DNA of 37,906 nt from an uncultured archaeon (GTDB lineage: Archaea; Aenigmatarchaeota; Aenigmatarchaeia; QMZP01; JAFGSV01), in NCBI GenBank assembly GCA_964442905.1, contig CAYUBD010000002.1, positions 1 to 37,906 on the forward strand, given 5' to 3'. The notes below the pieces were generated by a model. It was not told the origin of the DNA, did not search any database, and saw only the letters and a list, made by a program, of their open reading frames with translations. Below, one piece after another: positions 6,281-18,200 of this stretch. Every line of letters starts with the position of its first letter. The stretch's first letter is position 1. The translations under genes were made by a program, and so were the position numbers.

Positions 6281-9200
6281 CTACATGCTTTTCATCCTCG
6301 TTTTGACGGATTCCATGTAGCTCTCTGCCATGGTGAACAGACCCTGCTTGAGCTTGTCAAGAGCAAGGTTGAGTTCGACCTCGACGTCCCCCGTGTCTGT
6401 CCCCTTGGTCTTCAACGCCTCAAACTGCTTCTTCAGCGCGTCAGCGTCCTTGCTTATCTTCACGTATTTGTCGAGCTCTTCGGCAGTCAGCCTCTTGGTG
6501 TCGTGAAGCAGCGGCCTGAATGAAACGAACCACGGCTTACCGTTGTTGTACGCCGCATTCTGCATCAGGCCCGTACCCGTGACAAGCTTCGTAATCTTCG
6601 AGGCGTAGTCAGGACCATACTTGGTCTTGACCCTGTTTATGTCACCCTCATACTTCGACCTTAGCTGTATCTCCGTGGATATGTTTGCCCTGATTGCACC
6701 ACGGAAGTCCATAAGGACCTGCGATATCATGAATATGCCGATGCCCCACTTACGGAACTCCCTGCACGCCCTTTCAAGGACCACATAACCACCCTTGCCG
6801 CCGTACTTCGGCAGCAGCCTGTGGACCTCATCGAATATTATCATCATCCTCATCTCCCTTGCCTCCGGCAGCCTCATCTCGAACAGGCTCTCCACTGTCC
6901 TTCTCACGAAGGTGTCCATGTCCTTGTTCGGAAGCTTTTCAGTGACAAGGACTGTCATCTCACCCTTCCTTTCCATTATATCCTTCCATGGAGGAACGAA
7001 ATCTGATGACTCAACGACCATTATGTTGACCTTGAAACCTCTGGCGTCATCTGGCTTCATGCCGAACTGTGGGTACAGGTCAAGCATCGCCGAATCCTTG
7101 CATGCCCTCATGAATCCTGTCCACTGTGCAGTCGGGTCTATGACGACTATCGGAACGCCTCTCTTAAGGAGGTCTTCCGAACAGACCTGTGCAGACACGG
7201 ACTTGCCGGCGCCCGTTGAACCTGCTGCTATGCTGTGCGTGGTAAGGTCGTCAAGGGTCATGTACGCCTTCATATCCGTTTCCGCTATCTTACCAACGAG
7301 CAGCGACCTGTCTCCGGCCTTCGGCAGCTTGTTGACATCCATCGGGAATATGTATCTGGACTTGGACTTTTTCTTCTTCCTGAAGTCTGTGTAGAACCTC
7401 ATGCCGAAATAGTATCCAGGTATAATAGCGAACAGCAATGCGTACGTGATCCAGCTGCTGAACAGTGCCTGTAACATCTTGAGAGGCGGAGCTATGTACA
7501 GCACATCGAAAGAGTCTATTGCGAAGGCCTGCTTCCCACCGCTCCAGTAAGTGACATTTAACTCAAGTGAGTATCTTCCTATGGGCGTGTCCTCGGGCAC
7601 GTATATGCTCCTCTTGAACGTCCTGACGTTCTCCATTCCGAGTGTCTCCTGCTCCCTGAGCACTATCTTCTCTGTGTCCAGATGCCTCATCTCATATGTG
7701 ACGACTATGTCATCTATTTTGGATGTTTCTCCCATATTCAGCAGGGTTACCTCAAGGGAAAGGTTCGTTCCGGGTTCTACTGTCTTGGACAATGCCTTGA
7801 CCTTCACGTCAAGCAGCGGCTCCTTCGGCTTCTGAACCTTGACGGTTATCGGAGTTACATGCGTTATGTTTCTGCCTCTTATACTGGTTATTATGTCTCC
7901 CGTGTAGATGCCTTCCATGGTGCTCGGAAGCGTAAAGACCTTTATCTTGATGGTTCCGGTTGAACTGCCCCTTATGTCGATGCTCGGCTTCTCTATCATC
8001 ACGAGTTCCCATGCGTTGCCCTCGACTTTAACATCGGCAGTTATAGTTCCCGGAAGGTTGTTGTCTATGTCTATGCTGTGTATCTCATGCTCGCCTGGCC
8101 TGAGAGTCACGAATATCAGCCTTGAGTCTATCTTGACAGGTATCCTCGGTGCAGATGGCGCGGATATAGCTCCGGCTCCGCCACCTCCTCCTCCCCCGCC
8201 GCCTCTCTCGGGGGGTGGCTGAGGCTCGGCCGGCTCGCAGTCCTGCGGGCAGTTCGCATTGGATTCGCCGTAATCGGTTTCGCATTCATCGTTTCCGCAT
8301 ATGTATTCAGCGACAGCGTAACCGCCGTCAAGACTTGTCAGGAATGCCGATATGGTCTTATCATGGATGCTCACGTTAGCATTGGCCAGCCTCGTCCAGT
8401 CATCGCTGCAACCGACCCATGGTGTCCACGAGTCGCAATAGTATATACCAAGCAGATTTGTACTTGAAATTTCACTTTCATATGACGAGTAGTTGAATGT
8501 GATTGTCACGTTGTCAAATTCCAGGTCAACCGTCGTGTTTTCATCAACCGTTATGTTGTCATTCGCCTCGAATGTTCTCGCCTCGAACAGTCCTCTGGTG
8601 TTGTAGCCGACAAGGCCCATATCCTTTATCAGCCCGAACAGGAATGGGTCATGGACATGTGTCTGTATGTCTGCGCCACGCATGTCAATGGTCTCGTTCC
8701 ACACATTCATCAGTATGTTATATATGCCGGCATCTATGGTCCTGTTGTAGTAGCCCACGCCGTCTGTGCTGAAGTTGAAGTACCATTCGGCGTCCGTGTA
8801 GAAGAGGCTGAAGTCAACATCCAGTGGTGACTGTGCCGGCAGTTCTTCCTGATCATTAGCTATGCCATGGAAATATACCAGAAGTGAAACAAGGAATGAC
8901 TTCTGGCTGGTGTTGTAGTTGCCGGACATGTCGTAAGCAACAGCATCTATCACATAGGTACCCTTCTCTGAAGTGTTTGTGAACTGGCCGAGGAACGTAT
9001 ATGTGTCCCCGGACCTGCTCATGTAGTTCATGGTCAGATTCTCCGTGACGTTATGGTGTGTTACCGTGACCATGATTTTACTTGTATTGACACCACCAGC
9101 ATCGGTCACATACAGGTGTATGTCGGCAGTCGTGTTGGTGGATACCTTTGAGAAAACATCTATGACGATGTCCGGTGGTGTCGTGTCCTCATATATGACT

Positions 9201-12200
9201 GATTTGTATTCGGTGTCCGACAGGAACAGGCTCGTGTTCGTGCCGTTGATTGTGTAATTCGCCGATACCTTCAGGTCATATGCCCTTCCGAGAGGCAGGT
9301 CTGGCGCGCTGAAATTGAGAATCCAGTGTCCTTCATCGGAAGCGTTTATGCCGTATTTCAGGTATGCGTCATACGTGGCGTTTGCCAGCTGCCCTGTCGA
9401 ATTCATGATTGTGAGGTTTATTGTCTGGTTTCCCGAAATGTTGAAGTCGGCGCCAGCGGAAACCGCATCCACTGTGGCATTGGTGCCGTTAATCACTGAC
9501 TGGTTGTCCGCCACCTGGACACCGTTAACCGTGAGGTTGTAGTATATCACTGTGTCGTTGAGATTGACAAGGGTTATGTTGAAATACGCCATGCTTCCGT
9601 TTCCTGTGACTTCTTCCGTGTGGTTGAAGCCTGTGTCATTTGAAGCGCTGTGTATGAGTCCGCCGGTGTAGTTCTTTATCAGGTGGATGAATGTCGGTGT
9701 CGCATTGACCCAGTATTCGTCAGTGCCGTCTGAGAGCGTGGCATTCCATACAACGCTTTCATTGGACGTTACCGCATACCTTCCGTAGGAAAGGTTGACC
9801 CTTGAAATGATGGTGTCGTTCTCTGTTATGTTTACGAATGGCTGTGCCTCCGTGGGTTCGAGTATTTCAACGAAGTACGGATGCACCGTAAGCCTTAGCT
9901 CAGTTTCCTTCGTTATTTCAGTTCCGCCGCTGTTGTTGTAGGTCCTGTAATATGCTGTCAGGGTTGTCGGGTCATAGATTACGGGTGCGGTGTATTCCAT
10001 GCTTATCTCAACAGGCGTTCCCAGATATACGGGCATTGTTCCTGTCTGTGACGCATTGAAGTAATCGCCGTCACCCGGCATGGGCGATATCCAGCTGTCA
10101 ACTACTGTCGGGTTGACGTTGCCGTCGTTGTTCAGTGTTATGGTTCCCAGGCTTCCGGAGGTCCCCTGCATGGCTTCCTTCTCTAAAAGACCGGGCGTCT
10201 GGGTCCATGAAAGGTTGGTAGGTATCTTGACGAAGATATCTATGATATCGAATATGCCTCCGTCAGCTGAAATTTCCAGAATGCCTGAATAAGTACCTGA
10301 GGGGGTTTCCGGGTCATTCGTGTTGATTTCCACGGTTATGTTTTCCGTATCTCCTGGTTCAATCGCGCCGACTATTTGCGGTACAAAGTTGGAACTGAAA
10401 TTATCACATACATAACCTGAAACGCATGATGTTGTCACGTTTGTTACATTTATGTTTCCGATGGACCTTACTCCCAGTGTCGCATTCCCATAAGTTATGT
10501 TGACTATCCCGACGTACACCGTTATATTTCCAGTCGTGGCTTCCAGTGAAGGATAAGGCACCACTTCTATCGTGACCGTTGTCGTGCTGTTGTCTGTCGT
10601 GTTGTCAATGTTAGTCCAGTCCGCCGTGAAGTTCAGTGTATAATTGCCTGCGAGTGTTCCCTCCGGTACGGTTATGCTTATGTTTTCTGTTTCTGTCCAG
10701 TTCTTATACATTATGCTGTAATTGAAGCTGTCCTGCGATACGTACCATCCACCATAAGGAGTCACATTGACTGTGACGTTATATGCCCTTGCGTATCCGG
10801 CTGTCGTGTTGAAGGTGATCGGGATTGTCGTGCTGTTGTATATGCTGACGTTCTCGGCATAGAAGACTGTCGCATTGGGGACGACTATTACCGTCGTGTT
10901 GGCAACTGCCGTTCCGTTTATATTGACGCATCTTTGGACACCTTCCGTGTCGTTGGCACAAATCTCGAAATTATACAGGCCGGTCGTGTTTGTGGAATAG
11001 TTTATCCAGTAGTATGACTGGTTGTTGCTCATCGGTATTATTGTCCAGTTGCCGTCGGGCTTTGTCACGTTGACCCATGCGAAGTTTACGTCGGTATTGT
11101 CATATATGGTGGCGCTGACAGTCGTGTTCTCGAAATTTATCTCAAAGAATTCAGGCTCCGCTTTGGCATCCTCTATGTATGGTGCCGGGTTCGTTATGTT
11201 CATGGTGAATGTCACTGACTTGGTAGGCGGTACTGCGTCTGTGCTCGTGTCTGTCTCCCACGCTGTTATGACTATCTCTCCGTCGACCTGCCCCGGACTC
11301 ACGGTGCCCGGAAGTTCATAGCCTATATACATCACACCTTCAACCAGCTTCCCTACGTCGACCGGGAAGAATCCGAGAAGTGTGCCGTTAAGCCTTACAT
11401 ACGGTGTCGCCGCCCCGGTTCTGTAGAACGTGAGTGTCAGCTTCACGTTTCCTGTATTGGTGAAGTTTATTATGCCCAGAGTCCCGTTGGTGGACAGCGG
11501 CGTAAGCACTGTGCCGAATGTGTCAGGAACGGCTGCCCAGCTCCTGTTGGTCTCGACTGTAACATTCAGAAGGGCTTCATCGTAAGCGGCATTGCTCGCA
11601 TTGGCCCTGAGCTTTGTCCAGTAGTCTCCTGGTGCCTGTCCATTGGGCACCGTCACTGTCACATCGACCGTGAAGTTGTCACCGTCCTGAACGTAACCCT
11701 GGTAATCAGGCGTCAGGTCAAGCACGCATAGCGGACATCCGGTAAAGAAGTTCCCCCCCACATCGAATACGTATACGTCTATCAATGGGATGTTGCCTGA
11801 CGACACTGCCGTCATGTTGCCTACGTGGGTCTTGAGCCCGTGCTGAACGCTCTTTTCGACCGAATCCTCTATTATTTCCAGGACTGGGTTGGATGACACA
11901 TATACATTCGTTATATCGACTGTTGAGTTGTACGTGTTATCTGGGTCTCTCCATGTGGCGTTCGCGTTTATCTGGATAAGCCCGGGCGGTGTGTCTGTCT
12001 TTATCACCACCGTAACGTTCCACAGGCATGATTCACCAGCTGCCATGTTTCCGCAGGAGATATTTTCCTCTATAGCTAATGTTGTTATGTTCATGTATTC
12101 AACGTTTCCGCTTGAATCGTAGACTGAAAGAACAACTTCATATGCATTCGGAGGCCCGAAGTTCGTGAAGTTTATGGAGAGGTTGAACCTGTGGTCATCC

Positions 12201-15200
12201 GTCTGTGTGATGCCGTCTGCTATCTCAGACTCCGGCGTAGTGTTAATCCAGCCTAGTGTATTTCCCCACACAGTGAAGTTGTAGTATTCTGAAACGTTCA
12301 TGTTGTGCTCGTCGAAGGGGTCCCATGCATGCACCCTTACGAGATACAGTCCGCCTACCGGCGGGGTGTACTGAATCCTGTAATCGTCCTGGCTTATGTT
12401 CGTCATATCAGCATAGAACCATGTACCGTTGGGGTATGTGATGTTGGCCTTGGCTTCGAGCACCTGGTAGTTGTCCGTGACTGTGGCAGTTATATTGGTG
12501 TAGTTCAGGTTGGCCTCTATGCTTGAGTTCGGTATGACGCTGACATTGTATACCTGGGGCGGTTCCGTGTCCTCTATGTAGACCAATGCAGTCTCCTCGT
12601 CCTGTGAAACGTTGTAAAGCAGTGTCTGATTGTCGGTTATGTTACACTTGAACCAGATGTCATCCTTGTTCTCAGGTGCCCATGTATGTGTTATATATCC
12701 GGTGCTGTTTGTGTAATGGGTACCGTTGTAAGTGTATGAAGACGCTCCATCGTAACGGTACCATACATACACCGGGTATTTATCTATACCCATGCCGCCG
12801 TCGTCATCTTCCACGTAACATGTGAAGTTGAAGGGCTCTGGATAGGGCTTGCTGCTAAGGTGCAGTGAAGGTTCTATGTAGACGCTGGCCGCACCTGTTA
12901 CGATTATCGTGACATTCTCCTCGGCGTCATCGTAATAAGACTTCTCTGCAATGGCTGTTATGTTCTGCATGCCCGTACTCATGGGGTCAGGGTCTATGTA
13001 TGAGGCCAAACCTGATGTCCCGACTACAGTCAGGGGCTGCAGGTCCTCATCGTACCACGTGACCGTAAGGCTGTGTGAATAATTGCCGTTCTCATCCCAT
13101 ACTGTCGCATTCGCAATAAACCAGTCGACTGTCTTTGATACAAGCGTTCCGTTTTGGGGCGATGTTATGTTGATATATAGTATGCCCCTGACCTCGACTG
13201 ATGTGGTATTGGTGGATGATGGCTCGTTGGTCGACGGCTTAGTCGCGTTTATGTATATTACGTAATCCTGCGGGTATGTATCATCTTCCGGATTGAAGAG
13301 GAACCAGCAGATGCCCACACTGTCTGTGGTGCAATTGCCCAGGTATCCGGTAGAGTTGTAGAAATGCACTGTCGCATCTTCAGCATACCCGGGAATCAGG
13401 TTCGCATCCCTGACCGTCACCTTTATATGCGTCCTGTTTGGACTGAACGAGTCGTTCCTGTAAATCCATGTGTAGTTCTGCCAGATGGGATACTGTATCC
13501 ACAGCGGTCTGTGGATTATAATATTGGTCTGGTTCATCGCAAATGATGCATTGTAATACAGCGTAGTATTATCAGTTATGTTGCACGAGATGTTGTGGCC
13601 GCCGGCCGTGTCGTATTGGGTATCCCAGACCCATGTCGTGGAGCCATTGGCGTCCGTGCTGTTTGTGTGATTGTAGACACTGTCCTTGTAGAATGTCACG
13701 ACGTAGCCTTCGAGGTCTATGCCGGTGTTAAGGTCAGCGACGTGGCACGTTACGGTTACCGCAGTCCCCGCGGAAAAGTCCGTGTTGTTTTCAGGTAATA
13801 TGGCATCTACCGTACTCCAGCCGTAAACCAGGACGTCTGTCATGTTCGTATTCTCGTCGTAATACTGCCTTGTCGCGTTAAGATGCAGGACCTCTGGCCC
13901 AAGCTCGTAGTTGTATGGCACGTTCCATGTCGTATTGTATCCTGCAGCTATCTGATACCAGCTCTCATTATACCACACGACGCTGGTGTCGTTAATGTAT
14001 GAATCGCAGTCATCTGTCACAGTTGCCGTCAGGCTAACAGCTGTATTCCTGTTTATTATTGAACCGTTTGCCGGCACCTGCGGATTGACATACAGTTGCC
14101 CGTATACCGTGATATCCTCATCCGTAGTGGTATATTCGGTCTCATAGCATACGTCATCCGTCTCTCCCAGCCATTTCTGAATACCGGCAATCGAATCGCA
14201 CGTTGCATTGTACTTAACCTGGCAGTAGCCGCCTGTCGTGGTATTGCATGGAATGCTTATCAGTCCGGGAAGGTAGAAAAGATATGCATTGTATGTCGCA
14301 TTGGATATCTGTCCTGAAGCATCCATTATCGTAAGGTTTATGCTCTGGTATCCGGGAACCGTGAATGAAACCCCTGATGAAACTGCATCGGTCGTTGAGT
14401 TGACACCATCAGCAACGGACTGGCTGTCTGCTATCTGCGCGCCGTTGACTGTGAGGTTGTAGTACATCGTCGTTCCGTTGAGGTTTTCAACGGTTATGTT
14501 GAAGTATGTGACCCCGCCCGTGACTCCAATCTCACTTGTGTAATTGACTCCATGGCTCAAAGCAATGTATTCAAGATGCAGATTGTAGGTAGCATTGGAT
14601 ATATTTCCGCCTGTCTCCATTATTGTAAGGTTTATGCTCTGGTATCCGGGAGCAGTGACTGGGACACCCGAAGATACCGCATCTGTCGTTGAGTTTACAC
14701 CGTCTGCAACGGACTGGTTGCCTGCTATCTGTACACCGTTGACAGTCAGGTTGTAGTATATCGTCGTTCCGTTGAGGTTTTCAACAGTTATGTTGAAGTA
14801 TTCCGGGTATCCTGAAGCGCTTATGTATTCCGTATGGTTGTAACCTGCATCCGGTGAAGCCGTGTGCAGGACCTTTGTCGTGTTGCTCATGCTGTGCACT
14901 GTTTCTGTCACATACTCGTTTCCGTACTGCTTTATCCAGACCTTTCCAGAAGCGTCCACGGGGTATTGATATAAAGAGCTGTCATCATCGCTTATCCTGA
15001 AGGTGATGTTAGCCTCGTTGTCACCCAGCCTTCTTAATGTATCGCTGCTGTTCAGATCGTCGATTGTGTTTGTTACGTTGTCTGTCTGGAATATCAGTTC
15101 CAAAAGGCCGGAGTAGTATTCAAGATAGACAAGATACGTCGCATTGGATATCTGTCCTGAAGCATCCATTATCGTAAGGTTTATGCTCTGGTCACCTGGA

Positions 15201-18200
15201 AGGATGAATGATGTCAGACCGCTTACATCCAACGTGACATCGGTTCCGTCGGAAACCGAACGGTTCGAGTCAACAAGCACACCATTGACGGTGAGGTTGT
15301 AGTACAATGTGGTCCCGTTGCTGTTGTGGAATGTTATGTTGAAATAGTTCATGATGCCTGAGCCTTCTTCCGTTATCGTTTCGGTGTAGTTAAGGCCAGC
15401 ATCGCCAACGGACGCGTTGTGTATGAGTTCTATCGGCTGGAAAATTCCGGTTTCGTCAGTGAAGTCCGAATCGTCAGTGGTATTGAACTTGAAGTAAGCA
15501 AGGGGACCGTCGAGGTAATCCTGGCACATGAATGTTATGTCCATGTGTCCCGAGAAGTACTGCGGGAAGGTATTGGAGCACACGGGCGTACCGGTACTGG
15601 CGAGCGTCCTTCCATGGTATGCCTTAAGTGTCCACGAATCGGTGTCGAAGCTCTTCAGTATGGTTATGTTGTTGAAGTTCTGGTCCTGGTCATCTATGCA
15701 CATGTAGAAATCGTATTCCTCTCCCCACCCGCCTACGTAATGGTCTATTGCCGGATTGTAAAGGTCTGGTATATTTCCCAGGTAGAATGCGTTCGGCTTC
15801 AGCGTGACGTTGGTTTCATAATAATTTTCGCTTATCGTCTGCCTTGCATCATACCATCCTTTGGTGTACGAGCCCAGAGTCTGCCAGGAGCAGTTATACC
15901 AGCCACCGCCTTCCGTTTCATCCGTGCATGTGTACCAGCAGTAAGCCCCGATGCATGCATTTCTCTTGGTAGTTATGGTAAAGCTGTCCGCATTCAGTAC
16001 AGGGTAACCGCACTCTGTCACGTAGGTGCTTATGTTAACCCTTCCGCCCCTCTCGTATGATTCTCCGTCCGGTGCGACTATCTCCACGGCCATGTTGGAA
16101 TTAAGTATCCACGTCTCCACGGTCGAGTTCGTATCGAAATAATAGCTGTCATTGATTATACCTCCAAGCCAGTCATGTTCACCAACGACATAGAATGGTG
16201 TGTCCCCGCACTCGGGATTGAAGCTTATGTTAAGGTATCCGTTATCCGTGCTTAGGTCCCATCCGTCGTTGTAGTTGCTGCCGTTGTGTGTTGACCATAT
16301 CGTTCCGCTTCCTGATGGATCTACGGCCATGTCCCTGTCTGTATCCCATACGAGCAGACTGAAGTTTATCTCCTGCCCGCCGAATCTCCATACCTCGTTG
16401 CTCGGAGCCTCGTAGCCATCGACAACGATGATGGTAACGTTGTCCTTCTCTATCGTGAAGTTTATGGCCTGGGTCTGGTCGCTGTTTCCACACGCATCAT
16501 GGTCGCATTCGCTTTCGGTTGCAGTGAACCTGTATTCCCACACAACCTGCTGGTCCTGGAAAAGTGTCGGAACGTAAAGGGTCATGTTGACCGTGACATT
16601 TACCGGGGATGTCAGGACAGTGGTGTTCCTGGTGTCCCAGTCACCGGGTCCCTCACCGTATAGTCTTATCTGCAGGTTGACAGTGACATTGTCAAGGTCT
16701 TCATCAGTGACATTTACGTGGAAGCTCCACGTCTCTCCCCAGCCGCCTACGTCACCGCCCTGCTCTGAATACAATATCGGGTCTGAAAGCGCCGGGCTGG
16801 TAACTACATAGAAATGATCTGTGTAGTAGGCCGTTCCGTTGTAATAATAGTCTCTTGAGGCCGTTGATGTTGTGTTATACCATCTTGCACTGAGGATGGA
16901 AGTATTTATCTGGTAAAGGTATGTGCCGGTGCCATCTGCTATGGTGTCGTACGTATAGTTTTTCCCGCTCTCATGATTGAGTATAATTGTTATATTGCTG
17001 TATCCCAGCTGTTCGCAGTCATCATAATCGGGTGCGTGACCTGCTATGGTCACATTCTCTCCACGCTTGTAGAAGTACGGATCTAACGCCTCAAGTGTGT
17101 GGTTGAACTCCCCCATAATCAGTACTGTGAAGTTGTTTCCGCCAATCGTTACATTGGCATCCTTGTAGCACTGGTCGCTGTAGGTCCCGCCTTTCCAGTA
17201 CTGTGGTCCTACGGCATAATGCTGACACCAAGGATCGAACTCCAGTATCAGGTACCCCGAAGAGTTTGTAGTGTTCTCGTTGTAATCATGATATGTGTAG
17301 TTCTCACCGTCGGCAGTGACCCAGAATATCCCGTTAACACCTGAAACCACTGACATATTTTCCCGATCCGTGTCGTTTATCCTCACTATAAGCGTTGCGG
17401 TGTTCGTCAGCGCCCTGCTTACGTTCGTGTCATGGCCGTAAACATATGAGATGACGACGTCATCCTTCGTTATGTTGAGTCCGGTCTGGTTGCTGGTGTT
17501 GAACAGGTTAGTGCCGTCGTCTATCTCGAACAGATACCTCGTGTAATTGCTTATGTCTCCGCATGTGAAATCCGTGACCAGGATTGAGCAGTTGCCGACA
17601 CCACCGTAGACCGTTGTGTTGTCCTTCTTCAGCCAGGCCGAGCCGTTGTACACCCAGAGCCTGCATGACACGTTGTCATACTGCGTGTCGTTTATGAATA
17701 CAGTGTAGTTGAAGTCCTCGCCCCAGCCTCCGTCATCGTCGAATGCGACGCTGAATTCGGTAGCCGTTGGTGGTGTGTTGTTCAGGTATGTCCAGTTCAC
17801 CAGTATGCTGTTGTTTTCGTTCCAAAGAGTGCCGTTGTCCGAGAACATCCTGATGCTCCAGTTCCCGCCTATGTGGAAAGATGTATTCCATGAGCAGTTG
17901 TACCAGCCGTCGCCCTCGGCATTGAGCTGCTGGCAGTCTTCCCAGTCATCCTCAGGGGAGCCGAACTGCAATATCACGCTCGTTGCATTCACCAGGCCTT
18001 CATTCGAACAGTCCGTGGTTATGTTGAACCTTACCGTTAATATGTCTCCGACCTGTACGATTGTTCCCTCCGCGGGCTGTTCGATGTTATTGTAAAGCTG
18101 GCCGAATATATACGCATAAACATAAGATCCAGGGAATTCCGTATCCTCGTAGCAGGCATCACCATAAGCACCTGCCCACCAGCCCTGAAGGCCGACAGAG

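Larger units (their letters stand above)
6503..7354 (-). other. Cytoplasmic HerA/DUF87-like (COG0433-type, FtsK-HerA superfamily) P-loop ATPase domain
   Basis: The pre-P-loop strand and Walker A read LLVGKIAETDMKAYMTLDDLTTHSIAAGSTGAGKS. Walker B reads MRMMIIFDEVHRLLP. It is followed by ACREFRKWGIGIFMISQ, the R-x-x-R-K-x-G-hhhhh-S/TQ layout typical of HerA/DUF87 proteins. This was recognised by eye only. Confidence 0.7.

Noticed and set aside
6503-7354. Calling the ATPase a specific named protein (HerA, CedB, VirB4, FtsK).
   Set aside because: Only superfamily-level motifs are recognisable by eye. No NurA-like partner, FtsK gamma domain or VirB4 N-domain is evident, so I keep the call at HerA/DUF87-like.
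8177-8216. The G/C-rich tract (ccgccacctcctcctcccccgccgcc ... gggggg) as a slipped-strand phase-variation switch.
   Set aside because: It is not a homopolymer or a perfect short tandem repeat. The longest runs are 5 to 6 nt, and the Gly codons are mixed (GGC/GGG/GGA/GGT). It reads as a structural Gly/Pro hinge. Indel variation there cannot be excluded without population data.
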